From positions 49,470 through 113,469 of the forward strand of contig JABWCG010000002.1 in the NCBI GenBank assembly GCA_013359225.1: 64,000 bases of DNA, given 5' to 3'. The translations under genes and the position numbers were made by a program. Positions within the stretch are counted from its first letter, which is position 1. Each line of letters begins with the position of its first letter. This document shows, one piece after another, positions 38,723-48,010 of the stretch. The DNA is from Candidatus Buchananbacteria bacterium. GTDB taxonomy: Bacteria > Patescibacteriota > Patescibacteriia > Buchananbacterales > UBA6539. The notes under the pieces were generated by a model, which saw nothing but the letters and a program-made list of their open reading frames with translations, had not been told where the DNA came from and ran no database searches.

Positions 38723-39652
38723 TTATAATGAATTAGTTTTTTCCTGTCGCTTTAATTCGCGATACGAGAGAGCTAAAAAGATTACTAATAGTAACATGGT
38801 GTTAAGCGGCGCTAGCCAGAAAGGATATTCTCGGCCGAAACTTTCTAAAATCATTAATGTGCCCAAGACGCCGATTGAATACATTGCACCGTTTTTAAGA
38901 TAGGCAAGTTTGGCAACAACATCAATACCTTTAACGGTAAGTTCCCGGACAACAAACGCGCCGATACCGTTACCAATAATGATGAGCGGAATAGACAGGG
39001 TGAAGGCAAATGCTCCGATAACGCCGTCAATTGAAAAGGAGGCATCTAGAATTTCCAAATAAAGGATTTTACTCCAGGCGCTGACGTGCGGATCGAGCAG
39101 GGCTTTTTCTTTTTCCTCGGCATTTTTTTTGAAACCGTCAGTAATAAAAAAAGCTGAAGCGCCAATTGATGCCGATAACGCCAGCCAGGCGTTCTCCTTA
39201 ACGGCGTAGTAGATTACGGTTGTTAGAACTAGTGAGGCGATGGCATAAAACCAAAAACCCCTCGCATGAATCCAGCGTTCACTGCGGAAAGCATATTTTT
39301 TTTCTTCCAAAAATAGCCAGCCCAAAGAAACAAAGAATAGGTACATGCCGCCGCCCAATAGTAATAAGGCTTTAGAATGGTGGAGCGATTCCTCAATTGC
39401 TTCTTCGGATGTTGATAGGGCGAGCGCAAGAATTTCACTGAATGACGCCGTTGAATTAGCCAGCCAGATAATGATAAACGGCAGGATGCCGCGAACAATA
39501 AAAACGGCGAAGATGATGCCCCAGGTCATAAAAATACGCCGGTATTTTTCCGGCATGGTTTTTAAAACATGAGCATTAATGATGGCATTGTCAACGCTTG
39601 AAATTACTTCAAACAAAATAAGGCCTAAAATGACAATAAGAGCGCTGAACAT
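38723..39652 (-). CDS. TerC/Alx family integral membrane protein
   Basis: SSVDNAIINAHV (TerC S-x-DNA signature) in the first TM, and about 8 TMs. Confidence 0.6.
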   Translation of the reverse strand: MFSALIVILGLILFEVISSVDNAIINAHVLKTMPEKYRRIFMTWGIIFAVFIVRGILPFIIIWLANSTASFSEILALALSTSEEAIEESLHHSKALLLLGGGMYLFFVSLGWLFLEEKKYAFRSERWIHARGFWFYAIASLVLTTVIYYAVKENAWLALSASIGASAFFITDGFKKNAEEKEKALLDPHVSAWSKILYLEILDASFSIDGVIGAFAFTLSIPLIIIGNGIGAFVVRELTVKGIDVVAKLAYLKNGAMYSIGVLGTLMILESFGREYPFWLAPLNTMLLLVIFLALSYRELKRQEKTNSL

Positions 39653-39702
39653 GGATGATTAATAAATAAGATAAACTTTTAAGTATAGTATATCAAATAA
39701 TT

Positions 39703-40362
39703 TTATTGCTGACCATTGTCAGTGCTACCTCGCAACAATTTGATACCCAGGTAGGAAAGCGGGGTATAAATAACTCCCATGCCGAATTTAAATAGCCACC
39801 AGGGCAAGATAATCATGATCAGGGTTTTGGGTGGGTACACTCCGGCGAAAGCAATTGTTGTCCAGATTGCCGTGTCTAAAAATTGTCCCCACAGATTAGA
39901 AAGGTTTGAGCGCAGCCAGAAGTATTTGCCGGAAAATTTAGCCCGAAGATAAAAAAAGGAAAAGACATCTTGATATTCACCGATGATGAAAGCTACCAAA
40001 GATGCCAAGGTAAAACGCCAGGACAACCCAAAAATTTGACCATAGGCATCAGCCATAAAAAAGTCAGCTGACGCCGGCATCAAATTGGATATACTATTAA
40101 ATATTAAAAAAACAATCAAGCTCATAATGCCCATACGAACAAACAGTCTTGCTGTTGCCTTGCCATATACTTCGCCGATGACATCGGTCATCAAAAAGAC
40201 TACCGGAAAAGCGAAAATCGCCGTTGAAAGATGAGTACCAAATAAAAACGGCATCAGCTTGATTCCTATCGTGTTTGACACAAATTGGCAGGTCAGGTAG
40301 AGAGTTAACGCTCCGGCCAGTTTTTTGTCGATCGCTAGGTTTGGTTGGTTTGGTGAGGGCAT
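39703..40362 (-). CDS. YhhQ/DUF165 family queuosine-precursor (vitamin-uptake-type) transporter
   Basis: FPVVFLMTDVIGEVYG resembles the conserved FPxxFxxTDxxxExYG block of E. coli YhhQ; 6 TMs, about 219 aa. Confidence 0.6.
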   Translation of the reverse strand: MPSPNQPNLAIDKKLAGALTLYLTCQFVSNTIGIKLMPFLFGTHLSTAIFAFPVVFLMTDVIGEVYGKATARLFVRMGIMSLIVFLIFNSISNLMPASADFFMADAYGQIFGLSWRFTLASLVAFIIGEYQDVFSFFYLRAKFSGKYFWLRSNLSNLWGQFLDTAIWTTIAFAGVYPPKTLIMIILPWWLFKFGMGVIYTPLSYLGIKLLRGSTDNGQQ

Positions 40363-40491
40363 GGTTTAGAGTATATCAAGAATAATCCTATAAAACAAGG
40401 GGTTTTTGCAAACCAAAGTCGAGTTGACAGCTGTAGGGTTAAGATGCTAATTTAATTAGCTGTCCTTTTTACCAGAGGGAGGGTGTTGGTC

Positions 40492-41085
40492 ATGACGATT
40501 GTAGTTAACCGCCAGGATTTTTTTGATCTGTTAGCGACGCGCCTGTCGCCAGACGACCTTGAACAAATCGGTGCTGCCTATGAGTTTTCCAAATATGGAC
40601 ATCGCAATCAGTTTCGGGACGACGGGGGACGGTATTTTGATCACCCGCGTTCCGTGGCACTGATCATCTTTGAAGAACTCAAACTTGCCGATTGGCAAAT
40701 GATTGTTGCGGCATTGCTGCACGACATTCGTGAGGATTCGTATATCCTGACCGAGCAACGCATCGCCCTCAATTTTGGCACGACGGTTGCCGGCTGGATT
40801 AAGCTGCTAACCAAAGAGTCTGGTGTTGATTATCATGCCAGATTGCAAAGTTGCCGAATTTGGCAGGTGTGGGTTTTGAAGCTATCAGACCGGCTTCATA
40901 ATTTGCGAACGCTTGACGGCTGTACGCCAGAAAAGTGCCGCCGCCAAATCACTGAAACTCGGGAAGTCTATATCCCGCTGGCCGAACAATTATTGCTTTT
41001 GTTGCCACCCGATCAAAAACACGTTGGGCAGCATCTTAAGCGAGAGATTGAGGCGCTGTGTGATCGTTATGACGCCAATCCTTGA
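40492..41085 (+). CDS. HD-domain (p)ppGpp hydrolase-like protein (RelA/SpoT HD domain, small alarmone hydrolase type)
   Basis: HPRSVALII...AALLHDIRED matches the H...HD metal-binding pattern of RelA/SpoT hydrolase domains; AGGGAGGG RBS before ATG 40492 (the track uses the upstream GTG at 40483). Confidence 0.65.
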   Translation: MTIVVNRQDFFDLLATRLSPDDLEQIGAAYEFSKYGHRNQFRDDGGRYFDHPRSVALIIFEELKLADWQMIVAALLHDIREDSYILTEQRIALNFGTTVAGWIKLLTKESGVDYHARLQSCRIWQVWVLKLSDRLHNLRTLDGCTPEKCRRQITETREVYIPLAEQLLLLLPPDQKHVGQHLKREIEALCDRYDANP

Positions 41086-41179
41086 CCGCTTGCTTTTTCC
41101 AACCCCAGGGTTTGATTGGCGTAGCGGTCTTTTTATGTAAGGTTTGATAAAAAGATTTTTTTTGTTATACTAAAACAAT

Positions 41180-41803
41180 ATGATTACTACCCTAATTGAT
41201 TTTTTAGTTCACTTCACCATTAGTGTTATTGATTTTTCAGGCTATACTGGAGTGTTTATCTTGATGTTTTTGGAAAGTTGCGGCATTCCCATTCCCTCAG
41301 AAGTGATCATGCCGTTTTCCGGGTTTTTAGTGGTTGAAGGTCGGATGTCTTTTTGGCCGTTAGTGTTGGTCGGTGCCTTTGCTAACCTAGGAGGGTCATT
41401 ATTAGCATATTGGGTTGGTGTTCGCGGTGGCAGGCCACTGATTGAAAAGTATGGACGTTATTTTTTGATTTCCCGTCACGATTTAGATTTAGCTGATCGC
41501 TGGTTTAGTCGGTATGGTGAATTAACAGTTTTTTTTGGCCGACTTTTACCGGTGGTTCGTACGTATATTTCATTTCCGGCCGGCGTGTCAAAAATGAACA
41601 TAAAGAAGTTTTCGCTGTATACATTTCTTGGTGCTTTGCCGTGGGCAGCGCTTTTCACCTGGCTGGGAATTAAGCTTGGCAGTCGCTGGGAATTAATTAG
41701 GCAGACGCTCCATAATTTTGACCTGGCAATTTTGCTACTGATTATTGTCTTAGTAGCATTATATATTTGGCGGCACGTAAAACACAGCCGCAGGCAAGGG
41801 TAA
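41180..41803 (+). CDS. DedA family membrane protein
   Basis: GYTGVFILMFLESCGIPIPSEVIMPFSGF and GRLLPVVRTYISFPAG are DedA/SNARE-associated signatures. Confidence 0.75.
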   Translation: MITTLIDFLVHFTISVIDFSGYTGVFILMFLESCGIPIPSEVIMPFSGFLVVEGRMSFWPLVLVGAFANLGGSLLAYWVGVRGGRPLIEKYGRYFLISRHDLDLADRWFSRYGELTVFFGRLLPVVRTYISFPAGVSKMNIKKFSLYTFLGALPWAALFTWLGIKLGSRWELIRQTLHNFDLAILLLIIVLVALYIWRHVKHSRRQG

Positions 41804-41875
41804 CATTGATTTTGATTATTTAAAAAGAACCAGAAAAATTTCTGGCTCTTTTTAAATTACCTTGATGTTTATTGG

Positions 41876-42835
41876 TTATGGTAGTATGGCATTAAACAGA
41901 TAACCTAAGACTATAATACCAAGACCAACCACTCCAAAAAATGACGCCAATAACTGCCACCGCATTACTTTTTTTAGAATTAATGCTTCGGGTAATGAAA
42001 GTCCGACAGTCGCCATCATAAAAGCCAGGGCAGTTCCAAGCGGAATGCCTTTTGCCACTAACGCCTGAATGATTGGGATAATACCGCTGGCGTTTGAATA
42101 TAGCGGAATGCCGATTACTACCGCCAACGGCACGGCAAAAATATTTTCTTTGGTAATATATTTTTCAAAGTAACCTTCAGGAACATAGCCATGAATAACG
42201 GCACCAAGCGCAATGCCGGCCATGAGATAGGGCAGTACCTTGCTGATGATAGTAAACGTTTCTTGAGAAATGAGAGTAAATATTTTTTGAGGTGTCAGTT
42301 GAGTGGTTTTGGCAGTGTGGGGTGTGATGTTAGTTTGCCAAATAAAATTTTGGACATATTTTTCTAAGCGAAGTTTTTCCAAAGTGTAGCCGCCGATCAT
42401 ACCGATTAAAATTCCTGATGTGGCGTACATTATAGTTATTTTCCAGCCAAATGCTCCAGCTAAAAGGACTAGTGCCACTTCATTGACGAGGGGAGAAGTA
42501 ATGAGAAACGCCAACGTCACACCAAGCGGAATTTTTGCGCCTAGAAACCCGATAAATAGAGGAATGGATGAACAAGAACAAAACGGCGTTATCGCTCCAA
42601 AGAAGGCGGCGAGGAAATAATCAAAGCCATAAAATTTTTTTGAAACCAAAAAATTTCTGATTTTTTCAATTGGTAAATAATAACGAATCAGGCTCATTAA
42701 ATAGGTGACAACTACCAGGAGCAACAAAATTTTGATGCTGTCATAGATAAAAAACTCAACACTATGGCCGAGCGCTGAATCTTTTGTCAATCCAAAAGTG
42801 TCATAAATTAAGTAGTCAGTGATAATTTCAATCAT
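41876..42835 (-). CDS. DUF318/ArsP-like permease with TPFCSCS motif
   Basis: 319 aa, about 8 TMs, ITPFCSCSSIP conserved motif of the two-Cys permease family usually found with ArsR and a thioredoxin-like partner. Confidence 0.65.
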   Translation of the reverse strand: MIEIITDYLIYDTFGLTKDSALGHSVEFFIYDSIKILLLLVVVTYLMSLIRYYLPIEKIRNFLVSKKFYGFDYFLAAFFGAITPFCSCSSIPLFIGFLGAKIPLGVTLAFLITSPLVNEVALVLLAGAFGWKITIMYATSGILIGMIGGYTLEKLRLEKYVQNFIWQTNITPHTAKTTQLTPQKIFTLISQETFTIISKVLPYLMAGIALGAVIHGYVPEGYFEKYITKENIFAVPLAVVIGIPLYSNASGIIPIIQALVAKGIPLGTALAFMMATVGLSLPEALILKKVMRWQLLASFFGVVGLGIIVLGYLFNAILP

Positions 42836-43068
42836 ACATATTGGAGTAAATCTTTTATTTCCTCAACGTTTGGTATTCGTCCAGCGATTTTCAGTTGTTC
42901 ATCTATCACTAATGCCGGCATGCTCAGAGCGCCATATTGGACAATTTTTTCAAAATCAGTGATTTTTTCAACAGTGGCATTAAGCCCTAACTCACTGACT
43001 GCTAGTCTGGTGTTTACCTCAAGCCGTTGGCAGTTGGGGCAGCCAGACCCTAATATTTTGATGATCAT
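42832..43068 (-). CDS. thioredoxin-family redox-active disulfide protein (CPNC)
   Basis: 78 aa starting MIIKILGSGCPNCQRLE; start overlaps the permease gene; classic partner of the DUF318 permease. Confidence 0.65.
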   Translation of the reverse strand: MIIKILGSGCPNCQRLEVNTRLAVSELGLNATVEKITDFEKIVQYGALSMPALVIDEQLKIAGRIPNVEEIKDLLQYV

Positions 43069-43403
43069 ATGGTTAGGATATTTTTTAATTCTTTTAGTAG
43101 AGTAGTCATCGTTTTTTGATTTAACGAGTAGACGATTTTTTTGCCGTCTCGTTGATTATTAACTATTGCAACATCAAGTAAAATTTTTAAGTGATGTGAC
43201 ACTAAGTTTTGTGGCAACTTCAAAAATTCGAATATCTCACAAACGCATTTAGGGCCAGTTTTTAGCAGGCAGATAATTTTTAGCCGGTTTGGTTCGCCAA
43301 TCACTTTTACTTGTTCGGCCAATGTATCAAGATTTTTATTAATGCAGGAGTTTTTCATATCAATATGTATTGATATATTATTAGATAATTTTTTGGTTGT
43401 CAA
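43065..43403 (-). CDS. arsR: ArsR/SmtB family metalloregulator
   Basis: LKTGPKCVCEIFEFLKLPQNLVSHHLKIL covers the CxC metal site plus winged-HTH; the true start is possibly the internal ATG at 43358. Confidence 0.75.
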   Translation of the reverse strand: MTTKKLSNNISIHIDMKNSCINKNLDTLAEQVKVIGEPNRLKIICLLKTGPKCVCEIFEFLKLPQNLVSHHLKILLDVAIVNNQRDGKKIVYSLNQKTMTTLLKELKNILTI

Positions 43404-43479
43404 GGTCTTTGGTTTAAAATAAAAATCGGCCGATTTTTGGCCGATTTTTAGTAAGGCATTATTTTTTGATGTTGTTTGG

Positions 43480-43983
43480 CTACAAGATGATATTAACGTT
43501 TGCCGGGAGGTTTGTGCGGATGATTTCCAAATCTTGGGAGGAGTAATTATTTCCCGACAAATTCAACGTTTTAAGGTTTTTTAAGTTACCCAATTCGTAG
43601 GGCAGCCCGGTTAGTTGATTGTTTGATAAATCAAGTGTTTGGAGGTTTTGTAGTTGGCCAATTTCTGCCGGTACTCCAGTCATTGTATTATTGGAAGCGT
43701 CTAAGATTTTTAAGTTTTGTAGCTGTCTGATTTCAGCTGGTAGTGCACCGGTTAGTTTATTATTGGAGATGTCCAGCTTTTCCAGATTTGTTTTTTTAAA
43801 AATTTCCTGAGAGATTTCAGTTAACCCCTGACCACTTAGATCAAGTACATTGTTATTTTCGGCAGGTTTTGTTGTTTTTTCTGGTACGATTTGGTCATCA
43901 TTGTTGATGGCGGGTACGGGAGAGATACAGCCAAATAACGTTAAGTTCATTAATAGGATTGAGGTTAAAAATATTTTTTTCAT
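43480..43983 (-). CDS. leucine-rich-repeat lipoprotein
   Basis: Lipobox LTLFGC, then 5 tandem LxxLxLSNNxLTGLPxEIGxLxNL LRR units. Confidence 0.65.
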   Translation of the reverse strand: MKKIFLTSILLMNLTLFGCISPVPAINNDDQIVPEKTTKPAENNNVLDLSGQGLTEISQEIFKKTNLEKLDISNNKLTGALPAEIRQLQNLKILDASNNTMTGVPAEIGQLQNLQTLDLSNNQLTGLPYELGNLKNLKTLNLSGNNYSSQDLEIIRTNLPANVNIIL

Positions 43984-44154
43984 ATGTTGGCATTATACCA
44001 AAAAATTGATTTTAAAGCGATTTTTTAGGGGGTATAAATGTAAAACGGTGCAATGTGTTCTGGCTGGTGTTAAAGGTAAAAATATTGGTTTAAAACTGCT
44101 TATAAAAAACCCCAGCGTACTTATTGTAAGCGTGGGGTTGTATTGTTTCCTGGG

Positions 44155-45600
44155 CTAAAACCATAGCCATACGACGAGATAGACTGGTATGAGAATCAAC
44201 AGACTGTACTTGAGTATATAGCTTAGGAAGCTGGGACATTTGACACCAGCAGCTTCCGCAATGGATTTTACCATCAGGTTAGGGCCATTGCCGATATACG
44301 TCATGGCGCCGAAGAATACTGCGCCAACTGATATTGCAATCACGTGGGCAGGGTAGAGTGCCAGCAGGTAGATCACCTGTAGTTGATCAAACGACAACGA
44401 TTCTCCGGCGTAGTATTTGTTGATGGTTGCAAGCATCAACTGAACCTCTCCGGAAACGATGGTTGGGGGTGCGGCACTGCTGAGTATGGTTTGTACCTGC
44501 GTGATTGTCTCTTGGTTTACTAGCAAGCCTGTAGCCGTGACAAGAAAATTCAAGTACGTCGGGGCATTGTCTAGTACTGACGAGAGGCTACCAGTAGCCC
44601 AAAAGAATTGTCCGGGGGTGCAGATGCCAAGCTCGCAGGCATTGCACTCCAGCCACTCCAGCGCCGGAATCATAGTGGCAAAAATCCCAAAAAAGAGAAT
44701 TGCCACTTCAGTGATCGGCCGGAATTTGAAATCGTTTTTCTGGTACACCCGGCGGCGAGTGGAAAACAACGAAGTTAGGGCGCTACCCATCATCACGATT
44801 TCGCGCAGGGGGCTATCAAGAAAGACTGCTCCCAGAATAACCCCGACAAAAAGGATGTTTTGCACTCCTTCGCTGCCGCTTGAAACGGTTTCGTCTGGTT
44901 TGTGACGGTATCTAATGGGGAATTTGTGGATGTGCCACCAGTCAATGATGTAAAACACCGTCAACACTATCGCGATCGTCGTGATCCACGGCAAGACAAC
45001 TCTGGTGGTTATCCAGAAAAACGGTATTCCCTGGAGGTATCCAAGGAATAGCGGCGGGTCACCAATCGGAGTAAGCGCTCCTCCAATGTTACTTACCACA
45101 AAGATGAAAAACACGATGTGGTGAGGTCTGACCCGACCGCGGTTGAGCCGCAGATATGGTCTGATCAAAATCATTGAAGCACCCGTTGTTCCAACAATGT
45201 TAGCAATCACCGCTCCGATTGCCAGCATAATGACGTTGGTTAGGGGAGTTGCTTGGCCTGGCACGTTGATGTGAATTCCTCCGGCTACCACATAGAGCGA
45301 ACCGATTAGGCAGATAAAGCTGATGTATTCGTAGCTTGTCTCTACTAATCTTTCGGACTGATTCAGGGACAGGTAATAGCCGATAGTAATGGCCGCCAGC
45401 CCAAAGGAGACAACGAAGTAGTATTTTTCCCACCACCGGTTCAGGAATGGCCCCAGGGCGATCGCCAGCAAGAGTGCTGCAAAAGGCAGCATCATGACCG
45501 GGCTTACGCCGCTTGAGTCTGTTGCTTCGGCAAACGCTAAATTGCTAAAGAGCACGATTGCCACAACTGTTGTCATTCTCATCTTGTTCATCCTAAACAT
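44155..45600 (-). CDS. IT-superfamily permease (ArsB/NhaD-like), higher-GC paralogue of the 32462-33853 gene
   Basis: 481 aa, signal-like N-terminus, 10 or more TMs, SVLDNAPTYL and IGNGPN motifs; noticeably higher G+C than neighbours. Confidence 0.45.
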   Translation of the reverse strand: MFRMNKMRMTTVVAIVLFSNLAFAEATDSSGVSPVMMLPFAALLLAIALGPFLNRWWEKYYFVVSFGLAAITIGYYLSLNQSERLVETSYEYISFICLIGSLYVVAGGIHINVPGQATPLTNVIMLAIGAVIANIVGTTGASMILIRPYLRLNRGRVRPHHIVFFIFVVSNIGGALTPIGDPPLFLGYLQGIPFFWITTRVVLPWITTIAIVLTVFYIIDWWHIHKFPIRYRHKPDETVSSGSEGVQNILFVGVILGAVFLDSPLREIVMMGSALTSLFSTRRRVYQKNDFKFRPITEVAILFFGIFATMIPALEWLECNACELGICTPGQFFWATGSLSSVLDNAPTYLNFLVTATGLLVNQETITQVQTILSSAAPPTIVSGEVQLMLATINKYYAGESLSFDQLQVIYLLALYPAHVIAISVGAVFFGAMTYIGNGPNLMVKSIAEAAGVKCPSFLSYILKYSLLILIPVYLVVWLWF

Positions 45601-45884
45601 GCTACGCGCCTCCTTGTTTTTGTTGAACCAACCTAGTTATGCAACCCAGGATGGCCGCATTATATGAAATATATATATTTTGTCAAGGGTCACTAAAAAT
45701 AAAAAGGCTTATTTTAGCCATTTTTAACGGTTTATAATTTTTTTCTATTTTTAATGCATAACCAGCGGGGTCAAATAATATAGATTGCCGCGGATGAATT
45801 TTTAATATTTAGCTAGGTTGACATTTTTAATGCAGGCTGATAAGGTCTAGCTGACAATTGGGTCAACTTTAGGAGGAATGTGCA

Positions 45885-46418
45885 ATGCGAAGCAGAATCT
45901 GTACCTTGTTGGTGGCTGACGCCACGGCCGAAGAATTTTCTCCTTTTGGATCGCTGATTGATCCGCAAGAGGATCAGCGGTCTGCCACTGAGGTTTTGTC
46001 CAAAGACGGGGTGTTTGCCTATTACCCGCAGGACGAAAGCAAGATGCTTAATCCCGGTGGCGAACAGCTGGTTTGTTCGCCGCTTGAGATGTGTTCCCGG
46101 CCGCGCACTGTCCGGGGGCAAATGGAGTACCACCATTGCCATGAAACGCTTTTGTTCCTGGATAACGTTATCCTGGTGGTCGGGCCGCAAGTGCCCGAAT
46201 CGGGGTCGATGGACGGTATCACCCCGCAAGACTTCGCGGCGTTTGCCGTCGAGAAGAACTGTGCCGTGGTGTTGAAACCCCGGACCCTGCATGCCCTGGC
46301 TTTTCCGCGGAGTAACCGGACCGCTCGGGGGCTGGTGTTCTTGCCCTATCAGGCCCACCAAACCGACTGTCACTTCGTCGATATCCCGGAGGGGGCGATC
46401 CTTAAGCCGCAACTTTAG
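45885..46418 (+). CDS. cupin-fold protein resembling ureidoglycolate lyase (AllA family)
   Basis: AEEFSPFGSLID and EYHHCHETLLFLD align by eye with E. coli AllA blocks (EAFSAYGDVIE; ERHPLGTQAFIPM); AGGAGG RBS; high G+C. Confidence 0.45.
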   Translation: MRSRICTLLVADATAEEFSPFGSLIDPQEDQRSATEVLSKDGVFAYYPQDESKMLNPGGEQLVCSPLEMCSRPRTVRGQMEYHHCHETLLFLDNVILVVGPQVPESGSMDGITPQDFAAFAVEKNCAVVLKPRTLHALAFPRSNRTARGLVFLPYQAHQTDCHFVDIPEGAILKPQL

Positions 46419-46585
46419 CGGCTCAGTCGACCGTGCTATATAGTTGCCGGACAGAGTGTTATGCTCTGCCCGGTTTTTATTTTTTACAAAACCAATATGT
46501 TCAATACTATTAACGATAAATATATATTGACAAACGATAAAGAATAAATTAAGATGAAAATATAACAATTTATAATAATTAATCT

Positions 46586-47074
46586 ATGAAAAAAGGCTCA
46601 ATAACATTTCTTCAGATAGTCATTGTAGTTCTGGGCATTGGTGCTCTCGCTCTCTTGCTCTGGGAACCTCGCGTTGAGGGCGTAAATGCGAACGCCACTA
46701 CGCTTCGTGAGATATATTTTGATGATCCCTTTTTGGCGTATGTGTACATCGGCTCCATTGCTTTTTTTGTTGCGCTCTATCAAGCGTTCAAACTGCTCGG
46801 GTACATAGGACGAAGTGAAGTATTTTCGCACCAGGCCGTAAAAGCTCTACGGACTATAAAATACTGCGCGTTGACCATTATTGCTTTTCTTGTGGGCGCG
46901 GAAATTTATATCAATATTGTTCAGCGCAGAGTGGAGGAAGATATTGCGGGAGGCGTCATGGTGGGTCTTTTTCTGATTTTTGTTTCAATGGTTGTCGCGA
47001 CCGCCGCGGCCGTGTTTGAAAAAACGTTACGAACCGCCGTAGAGATAAAAACCGAGAACGATTTAACAGTATAA
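46586..47074 (+). CDS. DUF2975-like membrane protein
   Basis: 162 aa, 4 TMs; immediately followed by a YozG-type HTH gene (the typical DUF2975-HTH pair). Confidence 0.45.
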   Translation: MKKGSITFLQIVIVVLGIGALALLLWEPRVEGVNANATTLREIYFDDPFLAYVYIGSIAFFVALYQAFKLLGYIGRSEVFSHQAVKALRTIKYCALTIIAFLVGAEIYINIVQRRVEEDIAGGVMVGLFLIFVSMVVATAAAVFEKTLRTAVEIKTENDLTV

Positions 47075-47084
47075 GGAGATTACT

Positions 47085-47288
47085 ATGGCAATCATCATTA
47101 ACATTGACGTTATGTTGGCAAAGCGGAAAATGAGTGTTACCGAACTTGCCGAGAAAGTCGGCATTACCATGGCTAATATTTCCGTATTGAAGAATGGCAA
47201 GGCAAAAGCTGTCCGCTTCTCAACTTTAGAGGGAATTTGTAAGGCCCTGGAATGTCAGCCCGGTGATATTTTGGAATATAGGAAGTAG
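47085..47288 (+). CDS. small Cro/C1-type HTH transcriptional regulator (YozG-like)
   Basis: 67 aa starting MSVTELAEKVGITMANISVLKNGKAKAVRFSTLEGICKALECQPGDIL. Confidence 0.7.
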   Translation: MAIIINIDVMLAKRKMSVTELAEKVGITMANISVLKNGKAKAVRFSTLEGICKALECQPGDILEYRK

Positions 47289-47326
47289 TAAAAATATAAC
47301 GGACTAAACAAAAAAAGAGCGATTGT

Positions 47327-47352
47327 GATCGTTCTTTTTTTTGTACGTTTTG
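47327..47352 (+). terminator. intrinsic terminator
   Basis: agagcgat-tgtg-atcgttct hairpin followed by TTTTTTTT. Confidence 0.5.
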
Positions 47353-47475
47353 TAAGACGTTTAGGTTTTTGTAGTGAAGTTGTAATGGCGGGACGCAGTA
47401 AAACGAGTTATAGAGTTTTTTCAGAACAACAAAGGGTATTATTACGTCCCAAAATTTTAAGTTAGTCAAAACAAT

Positions 47476-47823
47476 ATGACAGAAATCCTACATAATCCAA
47501 CAAACCCAACAGAATTGGGTACTCTGCGGGACACATCGGTTGCCAGTCAAGCACCTAAAGCAAAATTTGACGATCCTTCAAGGGTTGGTCAAAAAAAAGA
47601 GCAGAAGCGCACGCGAGAGAAGAAAGACGCGTTTGTGGCAGCTTGTAAAGGTCCCGTGAAAAGTATTGTTACCATGTGCAGAAAAGTTGGAATACACCGC
47701 GACACCTTTTATGCCTGGCGGCGAGCCGATCCGGAGTTTGTAAAAAGGATCCACAACAGCCGAGATGTTTTTTTGACTGAGTTGGAGGCAAGTCTTAAGG
47801 CGCGGGATAAATCCGACACTTAG
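47476..47823 (+). CDS. HTH DNA-binding protein of terminase-small-subunit / IS-transposase HTH type
   Basis: MCRKVGIHRDTFYAWRRADPEF is the characteristic helix-turn-helix of phage TerS / ISxxx OrfA proteins. Confidence 0.4.
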   Translation: MTEILHNPTNPTELGTLRDTSVASQAPKAKFDDPSRVGQKKEQKRTREKKDAFVAACKGPVKSIVTMCRKVGIHRDTFYAWRRADPEFVKRIHNSRDVFLTELEASLKARDKSDT

Positions 47824-48010
47824 GCGTAAAATGTAATTGACAATTTCTAACCTAAACTGCTCTTCTGAGCAGCATGGTTTAAAAACTCACGAAGATACTG
47901 AACCCCACGTTCAGCGATTCTTCGTGAGTCATATCGGGAAACTGGTATGGGGCTTAAAAACCCTGCTGGCGTGGGGCTTTGTGTATCTAAAAATTAATAA
48001 CCTAAAACTT

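Noticed and set aside
45813-46568. 251-aa minus-strand ORF overlapping the AllA-like gene
   Set aside because: This is a shadow ORF produced by a high-GC coding region on the opposite strand. It has no RBS, and its composition (Arg/Pro/Gly-rich) is typical of an antisense frame.
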